From assembly GCA_963975885.1 (NCBI GenBank), contig CAXBIS010000011.1, positions 54,977 to 118,976 on the forward strand: a DNA stretch of 64,000 nucleotides, read 5' to 3'. The notes beneath the pieces were generated by a model. That model did no database searches, was not told the DNA's origin, and was given only the letters and a program-made list of their open reading frames with translations. Below, piece by piece: positions 57,414 to 64,000 of the stretch. Position 1 is the first letter of the stretch. Every line of letters begins with the position of its first letter. Source of the DNA: an uncultured Azoarcus sp. Lineage in GTDB: Bacteria > Pseudomonadota > Gammaproteobacteria > Burkholderiales > Rhodocyclaceae. The position numbers and the translations under genes are program-made.

Positions 57414-57476
57414 GCCCAACAATCGGCTTGAGAAGGACGCTCGCAAAGCGAGCGCCGCTCAGCTGGGCCGTTAGCG
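57414..57476 (+). other. attC-like recombination site of cassette 2
   Basis: GCCCAAC (RYYYAAC) - AATCG - GCTTGAG - AAGGA - CGCTCGC-aaa-GCGAGCG - CCG - CTCAGC - TGGGCC - GTTAGCG. A 63-bp imperfect palindrome with an extrahelical T, resembling the aadA-type 59-base-element layout. Confidence 0.6.
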
Positions 57477-57566
57477 TGCATACGTAGCCATGAGCCGGTT
57501 CACTTTTTTCGCCGATATTGCAGGCCAAGCAACACTTGATACGAAGGGCAGCAATCGCATTACGGC

Positions 57567-58579
57567 TGTACAGATCAAGTATTCACCTGACACCGGCCCC
57601 GAGCCGGTGTTGCTTTATGCAGCCTGCGGGATTGTCTCCTCGGGCTGCTCGGTAATGCCCGCCTCGAACATCTGAGCAGGCGTTCTGCCTTCCATCATCC
57701 GCCCCTGATGCGGGCGCTCGTGGTTGTAGTGGTGCAGGTACTTCTCCAGGTCCCCCTGCATCTGTTCAACCGACTCGTACCACTTCGTTCGCCCGGCAAT
57801 GCGGAAGTGCTCATCAAGCAAGGTGCGATGCAGCCGTTCGACGAATCCGTTGCTCTGCGGGCGTCCGACGCGAGTCGTGCGATGCTCGATACCTTCCAGT
57901 TGCAGGAACAGCTCGAACGGATGGCTGTCGGGCCGCCCGCAGTACTCGCGCCCGTTGTCCGACAGGATCGTTTCGATGCGAACGCCGTGCTCTTCAAAGT
58001 GTGGCAGCACGTCGTTGTTGAGCACATGCACGGCGGTGAGCGGCAGCTTGCTGGTGTACAGGCGACCGAAGGCGAAGCGGCTGTAGCAATCGAGCACCGT
58101 CTGCAGATAGACCTTGCCCACGCCCTTGAGCGCGCCGACGAAGAAGGTGTCGATGGCGACCAATTCGCCGGTGTGATGCACTTCGATCTGGCGCTCGCGA
58201 AACTCGGGGCTGAAGCGTTCGAGCAGGCGCACCTGTTCTTCATTCAGATCCAACGCCTGCTCGCGTTGCGCACGTTCCAGACGCGGTAGCCGGGCAGCTT
58301 GTCGAGCAAGCCGGCCGAGCCATACGTCTGGTAGTTGCGCCGGATCTCGTAGAATTGCTGCCGGCTGTAGCCCATCACCTTGCACGCGCGGCTCACGTTG
58401 CGAAGCTCCTGCGCCAGCTCCAGAAGGCTCTGCTTGCGACGTGCTATTTTCTCTTCGGTGGTCATGCGTACTTCCTCCAGGTCATGAACAGGTAGGGGTA
58501 CCCGTTTCATAACCCTGTTCGAGGCCGTATGACCACCCCCTGACATGGTCAACTGTCAGGTGAATACCGTATCAGCACA
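57567..58579 (-). mobile_element. IS481-family insertion sequence, internally deleted, with 7-bp target-site duplication
   Basis: Imperfect about 26-bp terminal IRs: TGTACAGATCAAGTATTCACCTGACA (57567-57592) and TGTCAGGTGAATACCGTATCAGCACA (58554-58579), with a 14-bp perfect core. Direct repeats TTACGGC at 57560-57566 and 58580-58586. Confidence 0.8.
57615..58465 (-). pseudogene. IS481-family DDE transposase, internally deleted and frameshifted
   Basis: The N-terminal HTH part MTTEEKIARRKQSLLELAQELRNVSRACKVMGYSRQQFYEIRRNYQTYGSAGLLDKLPG stops at 58244. The rve/DDE part (…EEQVRLLERFSPEFRERQIEVHHTGELVAIDTFFVG…SDNGREY…PQSNGFVERLH…) is in another frame. The junction is near 58285-58292, and roughly 75 codons of the family consensus are missing. 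Confidence 0.8.
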
Positions 58580-58821
58580 TTACGGCAGATGCAGTGGCGG
58601 TTCCGACAGGCAACGTTGAAAATCTCCGGTCTCACGTGCACGGCTGGCCGAAGTGGCGTGATTGCGACGTCTACCCGCATTTGATTAGCACGTCGCCTTG
58701 GAGTCCAGTCCCATTGTAAGCTTCCCATTCAGGGGCAAGCTCGGTTGGCGATAATCGTATCGCGCAAATCCTGATCGGCCGCGGGGTCACATGCGCTGCG
58801 GTCGAGCGCCCCACTCTCTGT

Positions 58822-59949
58822 TCAGTACGGATCCAGATGGCGCGCCAGCGCCCAGACCACGTGCTCGCGCACGAGCTCGGAGGGGTCGTCCGCGCGGGCG
58901 CGCAGCGCCGTGACGATCTCGGGCGAGGTCGGAGCGTTGCCCAGCGCGACGGCGAGGTTGCGCGACCAGCGTTCGAAGCCGATGCGATGGATCGCGCTGC
59001 CGGCGGTCCGCTCGTGGAAGTCTGCCTCGGTCCATGCGAACAGTTCGACCAGCGTGGCCGCGTCGAGCGCGTTGCGCGGGGCGAAGTCGGGCTCGGCGGT
59101 GATGCGTGCGAAGCGGTTCCACGGGCACACGAGCTGGCAGTCGTCGCAGCCGTAGATGCGGTTGCCGATCATCGGGCGCAACTCTTCGGGGATCGCACCC
59201 TTGAGTTCGATCGTGAGATACGAAATGCACAGGCGTGCATCGACCTCGTAGGGTGCGACGATGGCGCCGGTGGGACAGGCGTCGATGCAGGCCGTGCATG
59301 TGCCGCAGTGCTCGGCCTGCGGCGCGTCGACGGGCAGCGGCAGGTCGGTGAAGATTTCGCCGAGGAAGAAGGTGGAGCCGGCTTCGCGGTTGAGCAGCAA
59401 GGTGTGCTTGCCGCGCCAGCCCAGGCCGGCACGGGTGGCGAGTTCGACTTCGAGCACAGGAGCGGAGTCGACGAATACGCGGTGGCCGTGTGGCACTTCC
59501 GCCTCGATGCGCTTTGCGAGCTTGGCGAGGCGCGCGCGCATGAGCTTATGGTAGTCGCGTCCCAGCGCATAGCGCGATACATAGGCACGTGCGGGGTCGG
59601 CGAGTGCGGCCTCGGCATCGGCCGCGTCGGGCCAGTAGTTCATGCGCGCGCTGATCACGCGCACGGTGTCGGGCAGCAGTTCGGCCGGGCGGGCGCGCTT
59701 CATGCCGTGGCGGGCCATATAATCCATCTCGCCGTGGAAGCCCGCGGCCAGCCACGCGGCCAGCCCCGGCTCGGCGTCGGCGAGATCGACCCCGGTCACC
59801 GCGACCGCATCGAAACCCAGCTCCGCACCCCAGGCGCGGATGCGCGCGACGAAGGCGGCACCGTCGGCATCGACGGGGCCGTCGGAGGCTTGAGCATGAT
59901 TCAGGACATTCACCCCATCGATGATACCGGCCGCGGCTTCTCCGCACAT
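58822..59949 (-). CDS. queG: epoxyqueuosine reductase
   Basis: FHGEMDYMARHG, 4Fe-4S motifs CGTCTACIDACPTGA and CDDCQLVCPWN, and HEAT-like C-terminal repeats. The start is uncertain (ATG 59949 or GTG 59913). Confidence 0.88.
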   Translation of the reverse strand: MCGEAAAGIIDGVNVLNHAQASDGPVDADGAAFVARIRAWGAELGFDAVAVTGVDLADAEPGLAAWLAAGFHGEMDYMARHGMKRARPAELLPDTVRVISARMNYWPDAADAEAALADPARAYVSRYALGRDYHKLMRARLAKLAKRIEAEVPHGHRVFVDSAPVLEVELATRAGLGWRGKHTLLLNREAGSTFFLGEIFTDLPLPVDAPQAEHCGTCTACIDACPTGAIVAPYEVDARLCISYLTIELKGAIPEELRPMIGNRIYGCDDCQLVCPWNRFARITAEPDFAPRNALDAATLVELFAWTEADFHERTAGSAIHRIGFERWSRNLAVALGNAPTSPEIVTALRARADDPSELVREHVVWALARHLDPY

Positions 59950-60411
59950 CTGGCGGACGAGGCAGACACCGAGCGCGCCGGCGCAGCGCTGGCCGAGGGG
60001 CTGGTTTCAGGGCTGGTCATCTACCTCGTCGGCGACCTCGGCGCAGGCAAGACGACACTGGTTCGCGGCTGTCTGCGCGGGCTCGGTCACACCGGAAAAG
60101 TAAAAAGCCCTACGTACACCTTGATTGAACCTTATGTAGTTTCTAGATTACACTTATATCACTTTGATTTTTATCGGTTCAACGTTCCGGAAGAATTCCT
60201 GGAAGCAGGGCTGGAAGAATATTTCTCCGGATCGGGCGCGTGCCTTGTAGAATGGCCCGGCAAGGCCGAACCGTATATCGCCAATGCCGACATCGAAGTT
60301 CGCCTCAGCGTCCGCGCCCCGGGCAGGGACATCGAGGTCGAAGCACTGACGGAAACCGGACGAAGATGCGTTCACATCATGATGTCGACCCTGCAAGCCT
60401 GCCCGTCCTGA
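59896..60411 (+). CDS. tsaE: tRNA t6A37 biosynthesis ATPase TsaE
   Basis: From ATG 59896 (GGAGG RBS): LVGDLGAGKTTLVRG (P-loop), SPTYTLIEPY, HFDFYR, the TsaE/YjeE signatures. Confidence 0.85.
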   Translation: MIQDIHPIDDTGRGFSAHLADEADTERAGAALAEGLVSGLVIYLVGDLGAGKTTLVRGCLRGLGHTGKVKSPTYTLIEPYVVSRLHLYHFDFYRFNVPEEFLEAGLEEYFSGSGACLVEWPGKAEPYIANADIEVRLSVRAPGRDIEVEALTETGRRCVHIMMSTLQACPS

Positions 60412-61640
60412 ATCCTCCGGCGGGCATCACGCGACGCGAACTGCTGCGCTTCGCCGGTGCCTCCCTCGCCCTGCTCGTCAGCCCCGTCGGCTTCGCCGCC
60501 GCCACCAGTCTGGTGGCCGTGCGCGTGTGGCCCGGCACCGAATACACCCGCATCACGCTCGAGAGCGAGCGCGGCGTCGAGTTCAGCCAGATGATGCTGA
60601 GCGACCCGGATCGACTCGTCATCGATCTCAAGGGCATCGAGTTCAACGCCGTCGTGCAGTCACTCCCGGACAAGGTGCTTGAATCCGACCCGCTGATTCG
60701 GGGCATCCGCGCGGCGATCAACCGCCCCGGCGTGGTGCGCGTGGTGGTCGACCTCAAAGCCGGCATCAAGCCGCAGATCTTCACGCTCAACCCGATTGCA
60801 AGCTACGGCCACCGCTTGGTCGTGGATCTGTATCCGAGCGAGCCGGTCGACCCGATCTTGGCGTTTCTCGAACAACCCCGCGACGGCGGTCAACAGGCCT
60901 CCGCGGAAGCGGCGCGGCCGCACGTCCACACCGTGGTGATCGACCCCGGTCACGGCGGTGAGGATCCGGGCGCCATCGGGCGGCGCGGCTCTTACGAGAA
61001 GAACGTCACGCTGTCGATCGCCAAGCGCCTCAAGGCGCGCATCGACGCCCAGCCCGACATGCAGGCGGTGCTCACGCGCAACGGCGACTACTTCGTGCCG
61101 CTGTACCAGCGTGTCGCGATCGCGCGCCGCGCCAAGGCCGACCTGTTCGTGTCCATCCACGCCGACGCCTTCGTCAAACCGCAGGCCAACGGCAGCTCCG
61201 TGTACGTGCTGTCCGAGCGCGGCGCGACCAGTACCGCCGCACGCTGGCTCGCCCAGAAGGAGAACGAGGCCGACCTGATCGGCGGCGTCAACCTCACGCG
61301 CCAGGAAGGTCACCTGGCGCGCACCCTGCTCGACCTGTCCCAGACGGCCACGATCAACGACAGCCTCAAGCTGGCCTCGTCGGTGCTGGGCCAGCTCGGC
61401 GGCATCAATCGCTTGCACAAGCCCCAGGTGGAACAGGCCGGCTTCGCCGTGCTGCGCTCGCCCGACGTGCCGTCGATCCTCGTCGAGACGGCCTTCATCA
61501 GCAACCCGGACGAGGAACGGCGCCTGAACGACGGCGCCTATCAGAACAAGCTGGCCGACGCGATCATCGGCGGCATCCGCGAATACCTCGACACCGGCGC
61601 CCCGGCACGGCGCACGACGGTCGCGCGCGCCACTGACTGA
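60366..61640 (+). CDS. amiC: N-acetylmuramoyl-L-alanine amidase with Tat signal and AMIN domain (AmiC-like)
   Basis: Twin-arginine signal ITRRELLRFAGASLALL, an AMIN domain (VRVWPGTEYTRITLES), and Amidase_3 (VVIDPGHGGEDPGA, SIHADA, LVETAFISN). Confidence 0.8.
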   Translation: MRSHHDVDPASLPVLNPPAGITRRELLRFAGASLALLVSPVGFAAATSLVAVRVWPGTEYTRITLESERGVEFSQMMLSDPDRLVIDLKGIEFNAVVQSLPDKVLESDPLIRGIRAAINRPGVVRVVVDLKAGIKPQIFTLNPIASYGHRLVVDLYPSEPVDPILAFLEQPRDGGQQASAEAARPHVHTVVIDPGHGGEDPGAIGRRGSYEKNVTLSIAKRLKARIDAQPDMQAVLTRNGDYFVPLYQRVAIARRAKADLFVSIHADAFVKPQANGSSVYVLSERGATSTAARWLAQKENEADLIGGVNLTRQEGHLARTLLDLSQTATINDSLKLASSVLGQLGGINRLHKPQVEQAGFAVLRSPDVPSILVETAFISNPDEERRLNDGAYQNKLADAIIGGIREYLDTGAPARRTTVARATD

Positions 61641-61700
61641 CCTGCGCGCATCACGCAGAAGGCCTTCGATACCGTATAATTGCGCCTTTTTCAGGCGCTT

Positions 61701-62636
61701 ATGCAGGTTCTTCGGAGGATTCCGGAGCGGGCTACGCAGCCGTCGGTCCTGACCATCGGCAACTTCGACGGCGTGCACCGCGGCCATCAGGCCTTGCTCG
61801 AGTTGCTCGTCGAGCGGGCCCGGGCGCTGGGCGCGGCTGCAACCGTGCTGACCTTCGAGCCGCACCCGCGCGAGTATTTCTCCCCCGAAACCGCCCCGAC
61901 ACGCCTGGCGTCGATGCGTGACAAGCTGCTGCAGCTCGCCGCCCATGGCGTCGATCGCACCATCGTGTGCCGCTTCGACGCACGCTTTGCCGCAATGAGC
62001 GCCGAGGATTTCGTCAAGGACATGCTGGTGCGCGGGCTGGACCTGCGCCATCTGATCATTGGTGACGACTTCCGCTTTGGCGCGCGCCGCCAGGGCGATT
62101 TCGCCCTGCTACAGCGTGAAGGTGCGCGCGCCGGTTTCGGTGTCGAGGCGATGCCCACGCTCACACACGACGGCGTGCGGGTTTCCAGTTCGGCCGTGCG
62201 CGCCGCGCTGGCCGATGGCGCGCTCGATCGCGCAGCCGGCCTGCTCGGTCGGCCTTACAGCATCGCCGGTCGGGTCGTGGCAGGAAAGCAGCTCGGGCGC
62301 AGCATCGCCTACCCCACCGCGAACATCGCGCTGCGCCATTGCCGTCCGGCGCTGACCGGCGTGTTCGCGGTCGCCGTCGAAGGACTCGCGCCCGAGCTCG
62401 TGGCCAGCATCGCCAACCTCGGTTCGCGCCCGACGGTCGGTGGCGGACGCCCCAACCTCGAGGTGCACATGCTCGACTGGAGTGCCGAGTGTTACGGCGC
62501 CCATCTGCGCGTGCATTTCCTGCACAAGCTGCGCGATGAGGCGCGTTACGATTCGCTTGATGCGCTGAAGCAACAGATTCGCCGCGACGAGGCCGCCGCA
62601 CGCGCCTGGTTCGCAAACCATCCCCTACAGGACTGA
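61701..62636 (+). CDS. ribF: bifunctional riboflavin kinase/FMN adenylyltransferase
   Basis: From ATG 61701: MQVLRRIP...[17 protein letters not shown], the FAD synthetase N-terminal domain plus a riboflavin kinase C-terminal domain ([23 protein letters not shown]). Confidence 0.9.
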   Translation: MQVLRRIPERATQPSVLTIGNFDGVHRGHQALLELLVERARALGAAATVLTFEPHPREYFSPETAPTRLASMRDKLLQLAAHGVDRTIVCRFDARFAAMSAEDFVKDMLVRGLDLRHLIIGDDFRFGARRQGDFALLQREGARAGFGVEAMPTLTHDGVRVSSSAVRAALADGALDRAAGLLGRPYSIAGRVVAGKQLGRSIAYPTANIALRHCRPALTGVFAVAVEGLAPELVASIANLGSRPTVGGGRPNLEVHMLDWSAECYGAHLRVHFLHKLRDEARYDSLDALKQQIRRDEAAARAWFANHPLQD

Positions 62637-62650
62637 ACCCCACCGCAGAC

Positions 62651-64000
62651 ATGGCCGACTACCGCAAGACGCTCAATCTCACGGACACGCCCTTCCCGAT
62701 GCGTGGCAACCTCGCCAAGAGGGAACCGGGCTGGATCGCCGAGTGGCAGGACCGCCGCCTCTATCAGCGCATCCGCGAGAAGGCCAAGGGTCGTCCGCGC
62801 TTCGTGCTGCACGACGGACCGCCGTATGCGAACGGCGACATCCATCTCGGTCATGCGGTGAACAAGATCCTCAAGGACATCATCGTGCGCTCGAAGACGC
62901 TGGCCGGCTTCGACGCGCCCTACGTGCCGGGCTGGGATTGTCACGGCCTGCCGATCGAGCATCAGATCGAGAAGAAACACGGCAAGAACCTGCCGGCGCC
63001 CGAAGTGCGCAAGTTGAGCCGCGCCTTTGCCGCCGAGCAGGTCGAGATCCAGAAGAAGGGCTTCATCCGCCTCGGCGTGCTCGGCGACTGGGACCGCCCC
63101 TACCGCAGCATGGACTTCGGCAACGAAGCGGGCGAGATTCGCGCGCTGGCCGCGATGGTCAAAAAAGGCTGGGTGTATCGCGGCCTGAAGCCGGTGAACT
63201 GGTGCTTCGATTGCGGCTCGGCGCTGGCCGAAGCCGAGGTGGAATATCAGGATCGCACCAGCCCGGCCGTAGATGTCGGCTTCCCGCTCCCCGATTCCGA
63301 GCGCGAAAAGCTTCGTCAAGCACTGGCGATGGAGCATCTGCCTGACGGCCCGATTCATGCGGTGATCTGGACAACCACCCCCTGGACGATTCCGGCCAAC
63401 CAGGCGCTGAACGTCCACCCCGAACATTTGTATTCGCTGGTCGAAACTCGCGACCGCGGCTGTGTGCTGGTGGCGAGCGATCTGAAAGAGGAGTGCCTGC
63501 AGCGATTCGGCCTTGATCGAAAGGCCCTGGACAGCCACTTCGATCACAGCTGCACGGGTGCAGCGCTGGCAGGCATCCAGTTCCGCCACCCGCTGTACGA
63601 CCGCGCATCGCCGGTGCTGCTGGCGGACTACGTCGGCATCGACGCAGGCACCGGCATCGTGCACTGCGCACCCGCCTACGGCGTGGATGACTTCCAGACC
63701 TGCATGCAGAACGGTTTTACGACCGATGACGTGCTCAATCCGGTGCAGAGCAACGGCGTGTACGCCGATTCGCTGCCGCTGTTCGGTGGTCAGCACATCT
63801 GGAAGGCCAACCCGGTCATCACCGAAACGCTCGATGAAGCCGGCGCCCTGTTCTCGCACACCAAACTGCAGCACAGCTACATGCACTGCTGGCGCCACAA
63901 GACGCCCGTGATCTACCGCGCCACGGCGCAGTGGTTCGTCGGCATGGATCTGAAGCCCGACGGCGGCGCCAGCCTGCGCGAATCCGCGCTGACCGCGATC
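62651..64000 (+). CDS. ileS: isoleucine--tRNA ligase, N-terminal 450 codons (runs off the right edge)
   Basis: [33 protein letters not shown]...[23 protein letters not shown] (HIGH motif). The frame is open to the window end, so it is absent from the ORF track. Confidence 0.92.
   Translation, partial: MADYRKTLNLTDTPFPMRGNLAKREPGWIAEWQDRRLYQRIREKAKGRPRFVLHDGPPYANGDIHLGHAVNKILKDIIVRSKTLAGFDAPYVPGWDCHGLPIEHQIEKKHGKNLPAPEVRKLSRAFAAEQVEIQKKGFIRLGVLGDWDRPYRSMDFGNEAGEIRALAAMVKKGWVYRGLKPVNWCFDCGSALAEAEVEYQDRTSPAVDVGFPLPDSEREKLRQALAMEHLPDGPIHAVIWTTTPWTIPANQALNVHPEHLYSLVETRDRGCVLVASDLKEECLQRFGLDRKALDSHFDHSCTGAALAGIQFRHPLYDRASPVLLADYVGIDAGTGIVHCAPAYGVDDFQTCMQNGFTTDDVLNPVQSNGVYADSLPLFGGQHIWKANPVITETLDEAGALFSHTKLQHSYMHCWRHKTPVIYRATAQWFVGMDLKPDGGASLRESALTAI

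Larger units (their letters stand above)
57490..58719 (+). pseudogene. 69-codon cassette ORF split by the IS481-family insertion
   Basis: 57490-57566 encodes MSRFTFFADIAGQATLDTKGSNRITA. Removing the IS and one TTACGGC copy joins it in frame to 58587-58719 (DAVAVPTGNVENLRSHVHGWPKWRDCDVYPHLISTSPWSPVPL*). Confidence 0.45.
55163..58750 (+). mobile_element. integron-type gene-cassette array with no integrase in view (CALIN-like); third cassette disrupted by an IS
   Basis: AT-rich ORFs each start 10-25 nt after a GTTRRR-type core: GTTAAGC 55163, GTTGGAG 55865, GTTAGCG 57470. The first two are followed by related GC-rich bulged palindromes that begin with RYYYAAC (GCTTAAC 55774, GCCCAAC 57414). Confidence 0.55.

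Noticed and set aside
57379-57474. A 31-codon ORF, MTMRVLVPVDVPPNNRLEKDARKASAAQLGR, overlapping the NTPase stop.
   Set aside because: It is simply the translation of the attC-like palindrome. The PNN...LGR-type peptide is a known artefact of 59-base elements. There is no RBS.
58714-58750. A short bulged palindrome AGCTTCCC-attca-GGGGCAAGCT followed by GTTGGCG, just after the split cassette ORF. It might be a truncated third attC.
   Set aside because: At about 37 bp it is well below normal attC length. It has no RYYYAAC inverse core complementary to the cassette start TTAGCG. I keep it only as a possible right-end scar of the array.
59896-59949. An apparent 54-nt divergent overlap of the queG and tsaE coding regions.
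   Set aside because: This is most likely a start-codon assignment artefact. queG homologues begin only about 10-20 residues before the ...FVARIRAWGAELGF segment, so an internal start (e.g. GTG 59913 or later) would reduce the overlap, though GTG 59913 itself still overlaps tsaE by 18 nt.

Overview
This is a high-GC chromosomal segment. The lines I hand-counted in core genes are about 65-70% G+C. Gene content and order look like a Betaproteobacterium, possibly Rhodocyclales-like; that is inference only, since no search was possible. Supporting clusters include surE-pcm-nlpD-rpoS, rplU-rpmA-obg-proB, ribF-ileS, pntAA-pntAB-pntB, glcC-like/glcDEF and a betaproteobacterial-type porin.

I can support about 60 protein genes, one tRNA-Pro(CGG), several intrinsic terminators and a few sigma70-like promoters. 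Most long ORFs in the six-frame track that lie antisense to these genes are high-GC shadow ORFs, and I rejected them.

Two segments look accessory:
1. A metal-efflux block (13.5-22.5 kb) next to tRNA-Pro, holding czcD, czcCBA, a czcI-like gene, a second CDF and a MerR regulator. Its czcCBA core is visibly lower in GC than the flanks.
2. The murI-queG gap (53.4-58.8 kb). It holds a doubly truncated RHS remnant and an AT-rich stretch (about 40-47% G+C in counted lines) organised like an integron gene-cassette array with no integrase in view. Each ORF starts just after a GTTRRR-type core, and the first two are followed by related attC-like bulged palindromes. An IS481-family element with a 7-bp target duplication and an internally deleted transposase splits the third cassette ORF.

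The first two cassettes are my best candidate for an undescribed conflict or anti-phage module. They encode an N-terminally membrane-anchored helical protein and a 497-aa P-loop NTPase with no recognisable effector domain.

Other points worth a second look:
- A 273-bp nested-palindrome MITE-like element.
- A decaying MazEF-like pair.
- A translationally coupled 38-codon membrane micro-ORF between glcD and glcE.
- A TRAP-AcnX-TauE-GntR locus with an unknown substrate.

All family calls rest on my reading of the translated sequences. No database search was run.
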